Assembly: GCA_039586365.1 (NCBI GenBank)
Contig: JBDHKN010000035.1
Span: forward strand, 1 to 64,000
Direction of reading: 5' to 3'
DNA length: 64,000 nt
DNA from: Gemmatimonadota bacterium
Lineage (GTDB): Bacteria > Gemmatimonadota > Gemmatimonadetes > Gemmatimonadales > GWC2-71-9
This document shows, in pieces, positions 9,643 to 19,744 of the stretch. Every line of letters starts with the position of its first letter. Within the stretch, counting starts at the first letter, position 1. Under the pieces are notes generated by a model. That model saw only the letters and a program-made list of their open reading frames with translations. It was not told the DNA's origin and did not search any database. The position numbers were made by a program, and so were the translations under genes.

Positions 9643-11097
9643 ATGCGTCACGTATGGTCATTCACGTCATTGGCGTGCGGCATGGCGCTGGTCTCGACAG
9701 CGTCTGCTGCCGGCCAGACCACTGACACGGAACGCCAGGCAGCGGGAGACGTTCTGCGCCAGATAGAGGCACTGCAGCAACGGCTCCAGCCCACACAATT
9801 GGCGCGCAGTCTGGCTGCTGGGAAGCATGCCGGGTTGGACGGTGTGTTCGAGCGCATCGACGAATTATGGGCGTCCGAAATGCAGGATCTGAGCGACCAC
9901 ATAGGGCACAATCCTGAGGTGGGCTTTGAGGAATTCCACACCGTCGACACCCTGACCGCGGTGCTCAGATCGCACGGTTTCGCGGTGGAGACCGGGATGG
10001 CCGACCTCGCCACGGCCTTTGTTGGCGCCTGGACCTCTCCAGCCGGACCCAACGGACCCGCCCTCGGCGTCATAGTCGAGTACGACGCTTTGCGCTCCAC
10101 TCAGGGGCCATTCCACGGCTGCCAGCACAATGCACAGAGCCCCGTGGGATTCGCGGCCGCCGTGGCGGTAGCACAGCACATGGAGCGTAACCAGATCCAG
10201 GGCAGCGTTATCGTGTACGGCACGCCGGCAGAGGAGATGGGGCCTCCCGCCAAGGAGATCATGTGGCGGGCCGGGGTCTTCCGAGGCGCCGACATCCTGG
10301 TACGAAGTCACGGTGCCAGTGAGACGGCCCGGGGGAAAGCCGGCTTCGGTATCTGCTGCCTCAACATCAACATGGTCAAGTACACGTTCACCGGCCGCCC
10401 ATCGCACCAGCGCGCCTCTTGGTTCGGGCGCAACGCCCTGACCGCGGCGGTGAGGTTCTACGACGCCGTCGACGGCCTCAGGCCGACCTTCCGGCCCGAA
10501 GCATCGATCCAAGGCGTGATTCCTGAGGGAGGAATCGCCCCCAACGTGGTACCGGACCGCACCGTAGTCGACTACTACATCCGCTACCCCGACGAGGTGT
10601 ATCTCGAGCACATGACCGCAATGATGGCCGACGCCGCCCGGGGGGCCGCACTAGCAACCGGGACGCAGGTCGAGATAGAGACGTACGGCCGCCTGCGCGA
10701 TGGCATCACCACCGGAAGCCTCGAGGAGTTGGTCTACGCGTACGCCGAGGTCTTGCAGGCACCACAGCTCAGGCCGGAACCACAGCGACCCGCGGGTTAC
10801 GAGGAGACGGGCTTCGTGTCGCGCGACGTCCCGGGCGTTGGTGTCAGCGTCTTCAGCTCACCCGCTGCGGGCCACTCCTATGAGCGATTCGAGGACTCAC
10901 TGAGACCGGTGGGTCATCAAGGTTTCCTCCTCGACGCCAAGATCATGGCCGCGGTGCTGTATCACTTCCTCACCGACGAGCGGTTCCGGAACACGGTGCA
11001 AGAAGAACACTCCATCCTGTCCGGGCTGCTGGACGAGTACCTTAGCGGGCTCAGGACGGCCTACGGGGCCGAGGTGGGAGCCGCGAGGCAACCATGA
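9643..11097 (+). CDS. Secreted M20-family amidohydrolase (AbgB/PM20D2-like)
   Basis: HNPEVGFEE, EYDAL, HGCQHN, GTPAEE, GRNAL, APNVVPD motifs; signal peptide. Confidence 0.88.
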   Translation: MRHVWSFTSLACGMALVSTASAAGQTTDTERQAAGDVLRQIEALQQRLQPTQLARSLAAGKHAGLDGVFERIDELWASEMQDLSDHIGHNPEVGFEEFHTVDTLTAVLRSHGFAVETGMADLATAFVGAWTSPAGPNGPALGVIVEYDALRSTQGPFHGCQHNAQSPVGFAAAVAVAQHMERNQIQGSVIVYGTPAEEMGPPAKEIMWRAGVFRGADILVRSHGASETARGKAGFGICCLNINMVKYTFTGRPSHQRASWFGRNALTAAVRFYDAVDGLRPTFRPEASIQGVIPEGGIAPNVVPDRTVVDYYIRYPDEVYLEHMTAMMADAARGAALATGTQVEIETYGRLRDGITTGSLEELVYAYAEVLQAPQLRPEPQRPAGYEETGFVSRDVPGVGVSVFSSPAAGHSYERFEDSLRPVGHQGFLLDAKIMAAVLYHFLTDERFRNTVQEEHSILSGLLDEYLSGLRTAYGAEVGAARQP

Positions 11098-11329
11098 CTG
11101 GAGATCCTGCCTCACGCCGACGGCCGGCTCGTGGTCCAGGCTGACAGAACCGCCGGTCGCAGAGGCTTGCAGGCCGAATGCAGCTGCTTCTCAAACCGGG
11201 AAACCTATCCAGCGCGTGTCGCCTAGAGGAGAAGCGCAGGGGACCCAGTCACAGCCCCCAACTCGCCTGATCAGCGACTGAGACCACCAGCAGACCAGCT
11301 CGGCGCTTAGCTGGACAACCATAGGCTGG

Positions 11330-11379
11330 GGTGATTCTGGCTGCAGCACGTCCCGGTGATTCTGGCTGCAGCACGTCCC
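11330..11379. repeat. Perfect 25-bp tandem duplication
   Basis: GGTGATTCTGGCTGCAGCACGTCCC x2, followed by a partial GCACGTC. Confidence 0.9.
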
Positions 11380-11517
11380 GCACGTCGGCTTGCGAAAAAG
11401 GCCCGCAGGCACCTGCACCGCGTTCTAGACGGTATCGGGTGGTGAGACAAGGGGACTGCTCCTGTTGCGCGGGGTTGGGATGCGCGCCCGCGAGGCCTAT
11501 CTTCCGGCCACCACATA

Positions 11518-13308
11518 ATGGCCGATCTCTCTCGCATCGTCGCCTGGCGCCGCCGTGTCGAGGCACGCATTACTGAGCGCGCCCAAGCACTGATCTCAAG
11601 GCTGTCACGCCTGGGATTGGACGAGAATGCACTGCTGCTGGGATTCGCAGTGACCATAGGCGGTGCAGTCGGGGTCGCGGTAATAGCCTTCTACAAGCTC
11701 ATCGACCTGTTCCAGAGTGTCGCTCTCTCGGCTGCGGGTCGGCTTACGGGGTTGGGTAGTCTGTCGATCCTGCTCGTCGTGGTGGTTGGGATCGCCCTCA
11801 CCCGCTTATTGATCAAGTACGGTACGGGCGATTCGGACGGCGAGAACATCCCCGATGTAATGCGAGCGGTGGCTAAGAGGGGCGGGGTCGTTCACAGCGT
11901 GCCCGTGGCCGTCAAGACCGCGGGAGCCGCCCTCGTCATGGGCCTCGGTGGATCGGTGGGGGCCGAAGGACCGGTGGCGGTCGCCGGATCGGCGCTGGGT
12001 TCGAGGATCGGCCGCTCGTTTCGGTCTGGGCCGGCACGTCTCAAGCTTCTCGTCGGTTGCGGTGCGGCCGCCGGCATCTCCGCGGCGTTCAATGCACCCA
12101 TCGCGGGCGTTTTCTTCTCATTGGAGAAAGTGGTTGGCAGTTTCGGGGTCACGTCCTTCCCCCCGGTGCTCGTCGCCAGCGTCATCTCGGCGGCAATCTC
12201 CCGGGCCGCCTTCGGTGACACCCCCGTAATAGAGATCCCAACGGAATACGGCGTGGGCTCTGCCAGTGAACTCGTGCTATATGCGCTGCTAGGCGTTGTA
12301 ACAGGCGTCGTCTCCGTCTTCTACACCAGAGGACTACATGGGATGGGAGATCTATTAGGCCGCCTGCGGAACGTCTGGCAACGGATCTTGGTGGGGGCGC
12401 TCGTAGTCGGTGTACTCGATATCCTGTTCCGCGCCGATCTGTGGGGTCGCGGCCACGAGAGCTTCACCATCGAGATGATCGGAGATCGCGCCGGTCTCTT
12501 CCTCATCGCACTCGCCTTCGCGAAGCTGGTTGCCACGGCTGCTACGATTAGTGTCGCCAGGGCGGGAGGGGTGTTCACGCCCGCGATGTTCATTGGCGCC
12601 ACACTAGGGGGTGGCCTCGCCGTGCTCGGAGCCAGGGTCCTACCGGGGTTCACGATCGTTCCGGAGGCGTTTGCGTTGGTTGGAATGACGGGCCTGGTTG
12701 CGGGTTCGACGCATGCACCGCTCACAGCCATCATGATCGTGTTCGAGATGACCAGCGATTACGCTCTGATCCTGCCGCTCATGTTGTGCGGTGCGATCGC
12801 GTACATCACTGCACGGCGGATCTATCCCGAGTCGATCTATTCGGAATGGTTGGTGCGCCGCGGAGAGAATATCCACGCCGGGCGCGACACGGCGGTGCTC
12901 GAGCGGCTCAAGGTACAGGATTCGTACAACAACGATCCCCACGTAGTAAGCGAGAACGCCTCGGTACCCCAGATCATTGCCGCTATCAGTGCCAGCACGC
13001 AGATCGAATTCCCGGTGCTGGATGGCAACCTGGGACTAGTTGGAATGATCACCTACGGCGATCTCCGCACCGTGCTCGCCGACGCCGATAAGCTGGCGCC
13101 GGTACTCCTGGCCGGCGACCTCGCGAACCAGGAGTTCGAGTGGGTGACGCCGGAAGATTCGCTCCGCACGGCTCTCAGGAAGCTGGCGATCCGCGGCCGG
13201 CACCACATTCCGGTACTCGATAGCAAAGACCCCGATAGGCTCTTGGGCCTGATCAGCCGGCAAGAGATCCTGTCGGCGTACGACAGGGAGTTCTTGAGGG
13301 AAGGTTAG
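11518..13308 (+). CDS. ClC chloride channel/antiporter with two CBS domains
   Basis: GSVGAEGP, GAAAGISAAFNAPIAG, GGVFTP, APLTAIMIVFEMT, SIY, C-terminal CBS pair. Confidence 0.93.
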   Translation: MADLSRIVAWRRRVEARITERAQALISRLSRLGLDENALLLGFAVTIGGAVGVAVIAFYKLIDLFQSVALSAAGRLTGLGSLSILLVVVVGIALTRLLIKYGTGDSDGENIPDVMRAVAKRGGVVHSVPVAVKTAGAALVMGLGGSVGAEGPVAVAGSALGSRIGRSFRSGPARLKLLVGCGAAAGISAAFNAPIAGVFFSLEKVVGSFGVTSFPPVLVASVISAAISRAAFGDTPVIEIPTEYGVGSASELVLYALLGVVTGVVSVFYTRGLHGMGDLLGRLRNVWQRILVGALVVGVLDILFRADLWGRGHESFTIEMIGDRAGLFLIALAFAKLVATAATISVARAGGVFTPAMFIGATLGGGLAVLGARVLPGFTIVPEAFALVGMTGLVAGSTHAPLTAIMIVFEMTSDYALILPLMLCGAIAYITARRIYPESIYSEWLVRRGENIHAGRDTAVLERLKVQDSYNNDPHVVSENASVPQIIAAISASTQIEFPVLDGNLGLVGMITYGDLRTVLADADKLAPVLLAGDLANQEFEWVTPEDSLRTALRKLAIRGRHHIPVLDSKDPDRLLGLISRQEILSAYDREFLREG

Positions 13309-13354
13309 GCTAGACCTCAGTGTCCCGACGGTACCACCCGCCCGTCCACCCGAT

Positions 13355-13383
13355 TTGACAACCAGGTTGAGAAACAGTAACGT
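13355..13383 (+). promoter_or_regulatory. Sigma70-type promoter for the fadL-like operon
   Basis: TTGACA-N17-TAACGT, 35 bp before ATG 13418. Confidence 0.6.
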
Positions 13384-13417
13384 CTTGACCCTCAAACTCT
13401 TAGGTGCGGAGTACAAC

Positions 13418-14824
13418 ATGTCACGATATGCTACTGTCTTCGCGGTGGGAGCCCTCGCGGTCGCATTTGCGGGGCACTTGACGGCACAGGGCTTTTCTGT
13501 AAACGAGCACGGCACCTGTGTCATGGCCCGCGGCGGCACCGGGGTGGCGTCACCGTGCTCTGATGGTTCGACCATCCTGTTCAATCCGTCTGGGATCGCC
13601 GGCGTGACCGGCTTCTCGGTCGCTGTCGGTACGACCCCGATCTTGGCGCTGGGATCTTTCATCGACGATCAGCTGGAGAACGAAGCTGAGCTGCAGAACG
13701 AAGTGGTGTTCGTGCCGCATGGCTACATCACCTACGGTGTGAACAGCCAGTTGGCCGTGGGATTCGGCTTCTTCGTCCCCTTCGGGCTGGGGACGGAATG
13801 GGAAGACACGTTTGAAGGTCGGTTCAACGGGTACAACAACGACCTACAGTCCATCTACCTCCAGCCCACTGTGGCTTTCCAGCCGCATCCCAAGGTGAAG
13901 ATCGGAGCGGGACTGGACTTCGTGTTGGGTAAGGTGAAACTGACTCAGCGTGCTGACCTGTCAGAGTTCCAGGCCATACCTGGAGTCACCTTCGGGCAAC
14001 TCGGGATTCCATTTCACACCGACTTCGCCGACGCCAAGCTCGAAGCGGTCAATGCCACGGGTGTGGGAGGCAACTTCGGCATCACCATCGAGCCGGCTGA
14101 CTGGATCAGCTTCGGGGCCCGGTACATGATGCGGGTGAAGTTGGACTACGACGCCGACGTGGAGTTCCAATCGATCCCGACAGGAATTATTCTGCCGCCA
14201 GGCAACCCGCTGTCGCTGTCATTGGGACTGGACCCGACGAGTCCCCTTCCCCTTGACACCGTGTTAGCAGCTGCCGACCTGTTTGCCGCCGGAGGGCCAC
14301 TGGGCAACCAGACGGCTGCCACGAGCATAACGATGCCGGATCAGCTGGTCGCCGGCGTGGCGCTGCAGATCTCGCCGACCGCGAAGTTTCTGTTCGACTG
14401 GCAGTACATCAACTGGACGGTGTTCGACACGTTGGTCGTCGATTTCGAGAATCCGGCTACGCTGGACCGCACTCTGGCGGAGAACTATAAAGGCACACAC
14501 GGGTTCCGGTTCGGTCTCGATCTGGCCGCGACCGACTACCTCGCAGTGCGGCTCGGCTATCTCAACCACAAGGGGGCGGCCCCACCAGAGAACGTCACAC
14601 CGCTGCTACCTGAGGGCGACAGAAACGAATTCACGATTGGGTTCGGCTACAGTTTTGCCAACCGAGCCAGTCTCGATCTGGCCTACCAGTACCTCAAACA
14701 AAACGACCGACGCGGTCGGGTCCGTGAGCCGGTGGCGGGTGAGGCACCGTCTACTGAGCTGAATAGCGGGATCTACAAGTTCTACGGCCACCTGTTTGGG
14801 GCCACCTTAGCGGTGCACTTCTAA
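13418..14824 (+). CDS. fadL: OmpP1/FadL-family outer-membrane long-chain fatty acid transporter
   Basis: Signal peptide, GFSVNEHG...ARGG...FNPSGIA hatch, PFGLGTEW, terminal Phe. Confidence 0.88.
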   Translation: MSRYATVFAVGALAVAFAGHLTAQGFSVNEHGTCVMARGGTGVASPCSDGSTILFNPSGIAGVTGFSVAVGTTPILALGSFIDDQLENEAELQNEVVFVPHGYITYGVNSQLAVGFGFFVPFGLGTEWEDTFEGRFNGYNNDLQSIYLQPTVAFQPHPKVKIGAGLDFVLGKVKLTQRADLSEFQAIPGVTFGQLGIPFHTDFADAKLEAVNATGVGGNFGITIEPADWISFGARYMMRVKLDYDADVEFQSIPTGIILPPGNPLSLSLGLDPTSPLPLDTVLAAADLFAAGGPLGNQTAATSITMPDQLVAGVALQISPTAKFLFDWQYINWTVFDTLVVDFENPATLDRTLAENYKGTHGFRFGLDLAATDYLAVRLGYLNHKGAAPPENVTPLLPEGDRNEFTIGFGYSFANRASLDLAYQYLKQNDRRGRVREPVAGEAPSTELNSGIYKFYGHLFGATLAVHF

Positions 14825-14859
14825 TGTCAACGCGCACACGAGTGGTAGAGGATTACACA

Positions 14860-16146
14860 ATGACTCGCCGCAACAGATTGAATCGCATTGTCGGGGGAGT
14901 AGCTCTCGGCACCCTCCTGCTCCTGAGTGCCTGCGACAAGGACACGCTCACGCCGCCAACGGCGTCGAACGTTCCGGTCGAACTGCAGGACGTCTTCATG
15001 CGCTATGTGGCGATCGGGACCAGCATCACGGCCGGAATGCAGGGCTTCGGAATAAACGACGCTACGCAGCTCCAGGCCTATCCCGTGCTCCTGGCACGGC
15101 AACTCGGCTTGGATGTTCCGACCCTGACCAATCCGGTAACCAAGGAGTTCAACGTCCCCCTGATGCACGGCCCGGGATGTCCGCCGCCAATAGTCAACAT
15201 CTTCACCCAGGAACGTATTGGCGGTGCTGACCAGACCACATGTCTATTCCGCACCGAGCCGATCCCGGAGTTCATCAACAACGTCGCGTTCCCCGGGGCG
15301 GACGTGGTTGAGACATTCGATTACTACGACCCGGCAATTGTCGGGAGCGTTACGGACGTGTTCAAGACCTTCTTGCTAGGTGGTAGCACTCAGCTAGAAA
15401 TCGCCACTGAATTGGAGCCCACGTTCGTGACAGTCTGGATCGGAAGCGGGGACGCCCTGAACGCGATCCAGGATCAGACCGATCCGGGCAACGCGAACCT
15501 CTACCCGGACCCCGCCCAGTTCGCCGCCTGGTACGGCGAGTTGATGGATGGCCTCGCAGCCATCGGCAGCATCGAGGGCGGTGTGTTGCTAGGAGCCGTC
15601 CAGGTGACTGGAGCTCCGTACGTGTCCGTGGGAGGAGCATACTTCCAAGCCGCACAGCAGATTCCGACCCTCACTGTGGACGCGAACTGCCTCGCAACGG
15701 CACCGATTCCGGGATCTGCCGGGACAGCGTCCGTGCTGGTTCCGTTCCACTACGGCGCGGTCTTGATGGGTCAGGCCGCGGCGGGAGTCCCGACCACGCT
15801 GGACTGTTCGGTACCACAGGTGATTACGGCCGACGAAGCTGCCGCGCTGATCGTGACTGTGGCACAGTACAACGCGGCCATCGAGCAGGCAGCCGACGAC
15901 CTGGGGTGGATCTATCTCGACCCCAACGAGTTGCTGCTACAGTTGGCCCAAGATCCGACAGCCATTCGGCCGTTCCCCGCCTTCAGCGATCAAGATCCGC
16001 AACACCTCACGGCACCGTTTGGCTGGGCCTTGAGCACGGACGGTCTCCACCCCAGCGCAAGCGCACACGTGCTGGTAGCGAACGCATTGATCGAGGCGAT
16101 CAACACCGAATACGCGACGTCGATCGATCCAATCGCCACGCAGTAA
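14860..16146 (+). CDS. SGNH/GDSL-family lipolytic lipoprotein
   Basis: Lipobox LSAC; YVAIGTSITAG, NNVAFPGA, WIGSGD, DGLHPS blocks. Confidence 0.85.
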   Translation: MTRRNRLNRIVGGVALGTLLLLSACDKDTLTPPTASNVPVELQDVFMRYVAIGTSITAGMQGFGINDATQLQAYPVLLARQLGLDVPTLTNPVTKEFNVPLMHGPGCPPPIVNIFTQERIGGADQTTCLFRTEPIPEFINNVAFPGADVVETFDYYDPAIVGSVTDVFKTFLLGGSTQLEIATELEPTFVTVWIGSGDALNAIQDQTDPGNANLYPDPAQFAAWYGELMDGLAAIGSIEGGVLLGAVQVTGAPYVSVGGAYFQAAQQIPTLTVDANCLATAPIPGSAGTASVLVPFHYGAVLMGQAAAGVPTTLDCSVPQVITADEAAALIVTVAQYNAAIEQAADDLGWIYLDPNELLLQLAQDPTAIRPFPAFSDQDPQHLTAPFGWALSTDGLHPSASAHVLVANALIEAINTEYATSIDPIATQ

Positions 16147-16169
16147 CGGGTCTGATCTCCCTATGTGGG

Positions 16170-16207
16170 ACCGGGGGGCCGATTTGGTCGGCCCCCCGGT
16201 TGTGTTT
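16170..16207 (+). terminator. Rho-independent terminator
   Basis: ACCGGGGGGCCGA-tttgg-TCGGCCCCCCGGT followed by TGTGTTT. Confidence 0.8.
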
Positions 16208-16221
16208 AGATTGACGCGATT

Positions 16222-17925
16222 ATGTTTGCCCTGCTCCGCGACATAGCACTGCGGTCGGGTGGTCGCTCGGTCCGACAACTAAAAGGGTTCGGCGGCGTCA
16301 CGGCGAGACGAGTCGTGCCGTTGTTTCGAACCGCGACCATCCTCGTGAGCGTAACGGCCTCATCGGCCACTGTAGCCTCTGCCCAGTACCCAGATACCTA
16401 CGTTCTTGGCAAAGGCGTCCTGCGGGTGAGTTTCGAGCCCTGGTACATGAATGCCAAGGAGAGGTTCGACGCCGGAGGAACAATCGAACCGTTGGGGACG
16501 GATCTGACCCGCGATTCGGCGGGTGTCAACTTCTTTCCGTCCCTGGAGCCGGCCGAGCGAGCCGTCCAATCGATCATCGGGGACGAGACGTTCCGGATCA
16601 ACGCCGGGGTCTTCCAGACCAAACAAGAAGCAGATGTGCGTCGCTTCCCGTTCAACTTCCAGCTGGGACTGAGCAACAGACTGACCCTGTCGGCTTCCAT
16701 ACCGGTTGTGACAACACGCTCGCAGGTGTCGTTCACCGTGGACGACGGCAGCTCCAGTGTCGGCTTGAACCAGGTGATGGACGGCACGGCACTACAGGCT
16801 GCGGTTGCCCTGTTGGGCGAGCTGGAAGCCTCCGCAAGCTCTCTCGAGTCTATGATCGCAGGCAACGCGTTCGACTGTCCCAGCGGCCCGCAGTGCAATA
16901 GCGCTCGTGACTTGGTAACCAGAGCCCGCGCACTGAGAGCGGATCTCATGCTGCTGACCGGAGTGCTGGGAGACGGCAGCCTCTCGCCACACCTGCCCCC
17001 GTTCGCACCGCTCGGCTCGTCAGCCTCGGGCCAGGCGATACTGGCTGCCATCCAGAGCATCTCGACCGAGCTGCAGTCGTTCGGTGCTCCGAGTTTGACG
17101 AGCACCCTGCCGCTCCCTGAGGCGGTGGTAGGTGCCGAGGACGTCAACGCTGTACTCACCGAGTCGCTGTATGGCTACGAAGCGGCCTGGCCGCTCGACT
17201 TCATCAAACGCAAGGAGAAACTGGGCGATCTCGAGGTGGGACTGCGTTGGGGGCTGGCACAGGGCAGCTCGTTCAGAGCCGTGGTGTCGACGACGGTGAG
17301 GTTGCCGACGGGTGTGCGGGACCAGCCGGACAACTTCGTCGACATCGGCACCGGAGACAAACAGACTGACGTCCAGCTTGGTCTGGAGGCCGCCTTCGAG
17401 CCCGGAAGCGTGGCGAGCCTCGCAGTATCCGGCTACTACAATTTACAGCTGCCTGACAAGCTACCGCGCCGCTTGGCCCCACACACCCGGCCGATCCAGC
17501 TCGCTGTCTACCAGCTGGGTGTTTCGCGCAATCTCGGGGATGCGTGGCGAGTAGGCGCCTTCCCGGCGGTCCGCCTGGCCCAGGGATTCACAGCCTACGG
17601 ATCGATCGACTACTTCCGCAAGGGCGGCGACAAGTACAGTCTGCTGGACCCGTATCCCGGGGACGGTGAGGGTCCGACCGTGCAGGATCTGGAGTTCGAG
17701 ACGGGCGCGGAGCTGCTCAGTGTTGGAGGCGGCATCCACTACCGCTCGACCGGCAGGTCAGGCACGAGTCTCCCGGTCGAGGCGGGAATACGCTACCACG
17801 CTGCGTTCAGCGGTTCCGGAGGCCAAGTGCTGAAGACCAGGGGCATCAGCTTCTATTTGCGGCTGCATTTCTGGCTGTTCGGCAAACCGGCAGCACCGGA
17901 AGCCGAGGCAGCACCGCCTCCCTAG
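16222..17925 (+). CDS. Hypothetical exported protein, probable outer-membrane beta-barrel with helical insert
   Basis: 567-aa ORF; GLSNRLTLSASIP, LGDLEVGLRW, VRLPTG, GTGDKQTD amphipathic strands; start uncertain. Confidence 0.6.
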   Translation: MFALLRDIALRSGGRSVRQLKGFGGVTARRVVPLFRTATILVSVTASSATVASAQYPDTYVLGKGVLRVSFEPWYMNAKERFDAGGTIEPLGTDLTRDSAGVNFFPSLEPAERAVQSIIGDETFRINAGVFQTKQEADVRRFPFNFQLGLSNRLTLSASIPVVTTRSQVSFTVDDGSSSVGLNQVMDGTALQAAVALLGELEASASSLESMIAGNAFDCPSGPQCNSARDLVTRARALRADLMLLTGVLGDGSLSPHLPPFAPLGSSASGQAILAAIQSISTELQSFGAPSLTSTLPLPEAVVGAEDVNAVLTESLYGYEAAWPLDFIKRKEKLGDLEVGLRWGLAQGSSFRAVVSTTVRLPTGVRDQPDNFVDIGTGDKQTDVQLGLEAAFEPGSVASLAVSGYYNLQLPDKLPRRLAPHTRPIQLAVYQLGVSRNLGDAWRVGAFPAVRLAQGFTAYGSIDYFRKGGDKYSLLDPYPGDGEGPTVQDLEFETGAELLSVGGGIHYRSTGRSGTSLPVEAGIRYHAAFSGSGGQVLKTRGISFYLRLHFWLFGKPAAPEAEAAPPP

Positions 17926-18031
17926 GCACCGGCAACACACAGCCCACCGCCGACCCAGCACGCCAACCCTCAGCTCGTTGCTAACCCCGGTCGGCATCCC
18001 GGGGACCGCCCGGAGGACCACCGGTTGGCGG

Positions 18032-19744
18032 CTACCCCCGGGAGGGAGCCCGGGGACCACCGGGCCCCCCGCCCCGCCCCGTTCCTTCTCCCCGCCTCCT
18101 AATCATCTCCGCGGCATGCTTGAGTGCAACCGGATCCTCCGCATCACCGAGCATCCGGGCGAGTTCGACCACTCTCTCGTCGCCTGTGAGTACCCGGACC
18201 TGTGAACTCGGCATCCCGTCACGAACCGGCTTGTCTACCCTCAAGTGATGCCCGGCCCGGGCGGCGATCTGCGGCAGGTGTGTGATTATCAGCACTTGGC
18301 GTGACAGTGCTACCTGAGCCAGAGCAGCGGAAACCTGCCCAGCGACTTCGCCACCAATCCCCTGATCGACTTCGTCGAACACCAGCGTTGGTATCGCGTC
18401 GTGCTGTGCCAGCACCACTTTCAACGCCAGCATCAAACGCGACAACTCGCCTCCGCTCGCGACTTGTGCCAGCGGCCGTGGTTCCATCCCGGGATTCAGA
18501 TTCACCAGAAACTCGATCACGTCCTTGCCTGCCGAGGTTGCTCGCTCTGCTGGCTGTAGCGCCACGGTGAGTTTGCCGTGCTCCATGCCCAGACCGGGTA
18601 GCAGGGCATCCACGGCCGACTCGAGGCGGGCAGCAGCATTCTTCCGCCCCACGGTCAGCTCGTTGGCCACGGCCTCCAGCTCACGTTCCGCCACCTCGCG
18701 CTCCTCACTGATACCTGCCAGGTCCAGATCAGCCGTATCCAACAGCTCGAGCTCCCCAAGTGCCTGCTCACCGGTTCGAATGACGTCTTCAACAGCCGGT
18801 CCGTACTTCTGCTTGAGCCTGTACAACACGTCTCTGCGAGCCTCGACCTGTGCCAGCCGTTGGGGATCGGTTTCAATGTTCGTTACATACCGTCTCGCTA
18901 CTTGGACCAGTTCCGCGACGTTTGCCTCCGCCGAATCGATCCACTCGCGCCAACCCGAGACACTTCCGTCTATCCGCTCCAGCTGCGCCACTAGCCTAGT
19001 CGCTTGCCCCAGGGCTGTGAGGACGGCGCCACCGTCTCCGTCGAGGAGCTGCAGCAAAGCCTCTGCGTATTTGGTGAGGTCCTCCACATTGGACAGTCGC
19101 TTGCTCTCTATCTCGAGCTCTTCGTATTCACCTATGCGTGGATCGGCCTCGGTTATCTCTTTGGCGACGTGACGCAGATAGTCCGCCCTTCTCTTCACGT
19201 CTTCCTTTCGCGCAACCAGATCGGCTTCCCGGCTCCGTAGAGCCGAGGCCCGCGCGAACGCGTCTGCCGCGGCCTGCCTGGTCGCACCGAGGTTGCCGAA
19301 TGCGTCGAGGATATCGCGCTGAGCCGCAATCTTGAGGAGTGACTGCGCTTCGTGTTGTCCGTGGAGATCAACCAAACGTCGCCCGAGAGACGCGAGCGCA
19401 GTTACCGTGGTGGGACTTCCATTGGCCCAGGCGCGGTTCCGGCCTGCGGCGTTGATATCGCGGCGAAAGATCAGTTGATCACCGATCAGTTCGACACCGG
19501 CCTCGTCCGCCGCTCCCAGCAGGTCGCCCTCGCCTATGTCGAATGCAGCCTCGACCACAGCACGGTCCGAACCGGGCCTGATGAGGTCACTCGTCGCCCG
19601 TTCGCCCAGCAGCAGGGCGAGGGCATCCACCAGCATCGACTTGCCGGCTCCGGTCTCGCCGGTCAATACATTCAGGCCGGGACCGAGAGAGAGTGTTACG
19701 TCTTGTATGACCGCGAGATCGCGAACGCGGAGTTCGGTGAGCAT
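18032..19744 (-). CDS. recN: DNA repair protein RecN
   Basis: LTGETGAGKS, HGQHE, ASGGELSR, FDEVDQGIGG, ITHLPQIAA. Confidence 0.97.
   Translation of the reverse strand: MLTELRVRDLAVIQDVTLSLGPGLNVLTGETGAGKSMLVDALALLLGERATSDLIRPGSDRAVVEAAFDIGEGDLLGAADEAGVELIGDQLIFRRDINAAGRNRAWANGSPTTVTALASLGRRLVDLHGQHEAQSLLKIAAQRDILDAFGNLGATRQAAADAFARASALRSREADLVARKEDVKRRADYLRHVAKEITEADPRIGEYEELEIESKRLSNVEDLTKYAEALLQLLDGDGGAVLTALGQATRLVAQLERIDGSVSGWREWIDSAEANVAELVQVARRYVTNIETDPQRLAQVEARRDVLYRLKQKYGPAVEDVIRTGEQALGELELLDTADLDLAGISEEREVAERELEAVANELTVGRKNAAARLESAVDALLPGLGMEHGKLTVALQPAERATSAGKDVIEFLVNLNPGMEPRPLAQVASGGELSRLMLALKVVLAQHDAIPTLVFDEVDQGIGGEVAGQVSAALAQVALSRQVLIITHLPQIAARAGHHLRVDKPVRDGMPSSQVRVLTGDERVVELARMLGDAEDPVALKHAAEMIRRRGEGTGRGGGPGGPRAPSRG

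Noticed and set aside
11098..11517. Fluoride riboswitch upstream of ClC
   Set aside because: No GGCGATGG...CGCC / AATGA consensus is visible, and the protein lacks CLC-F motifs.
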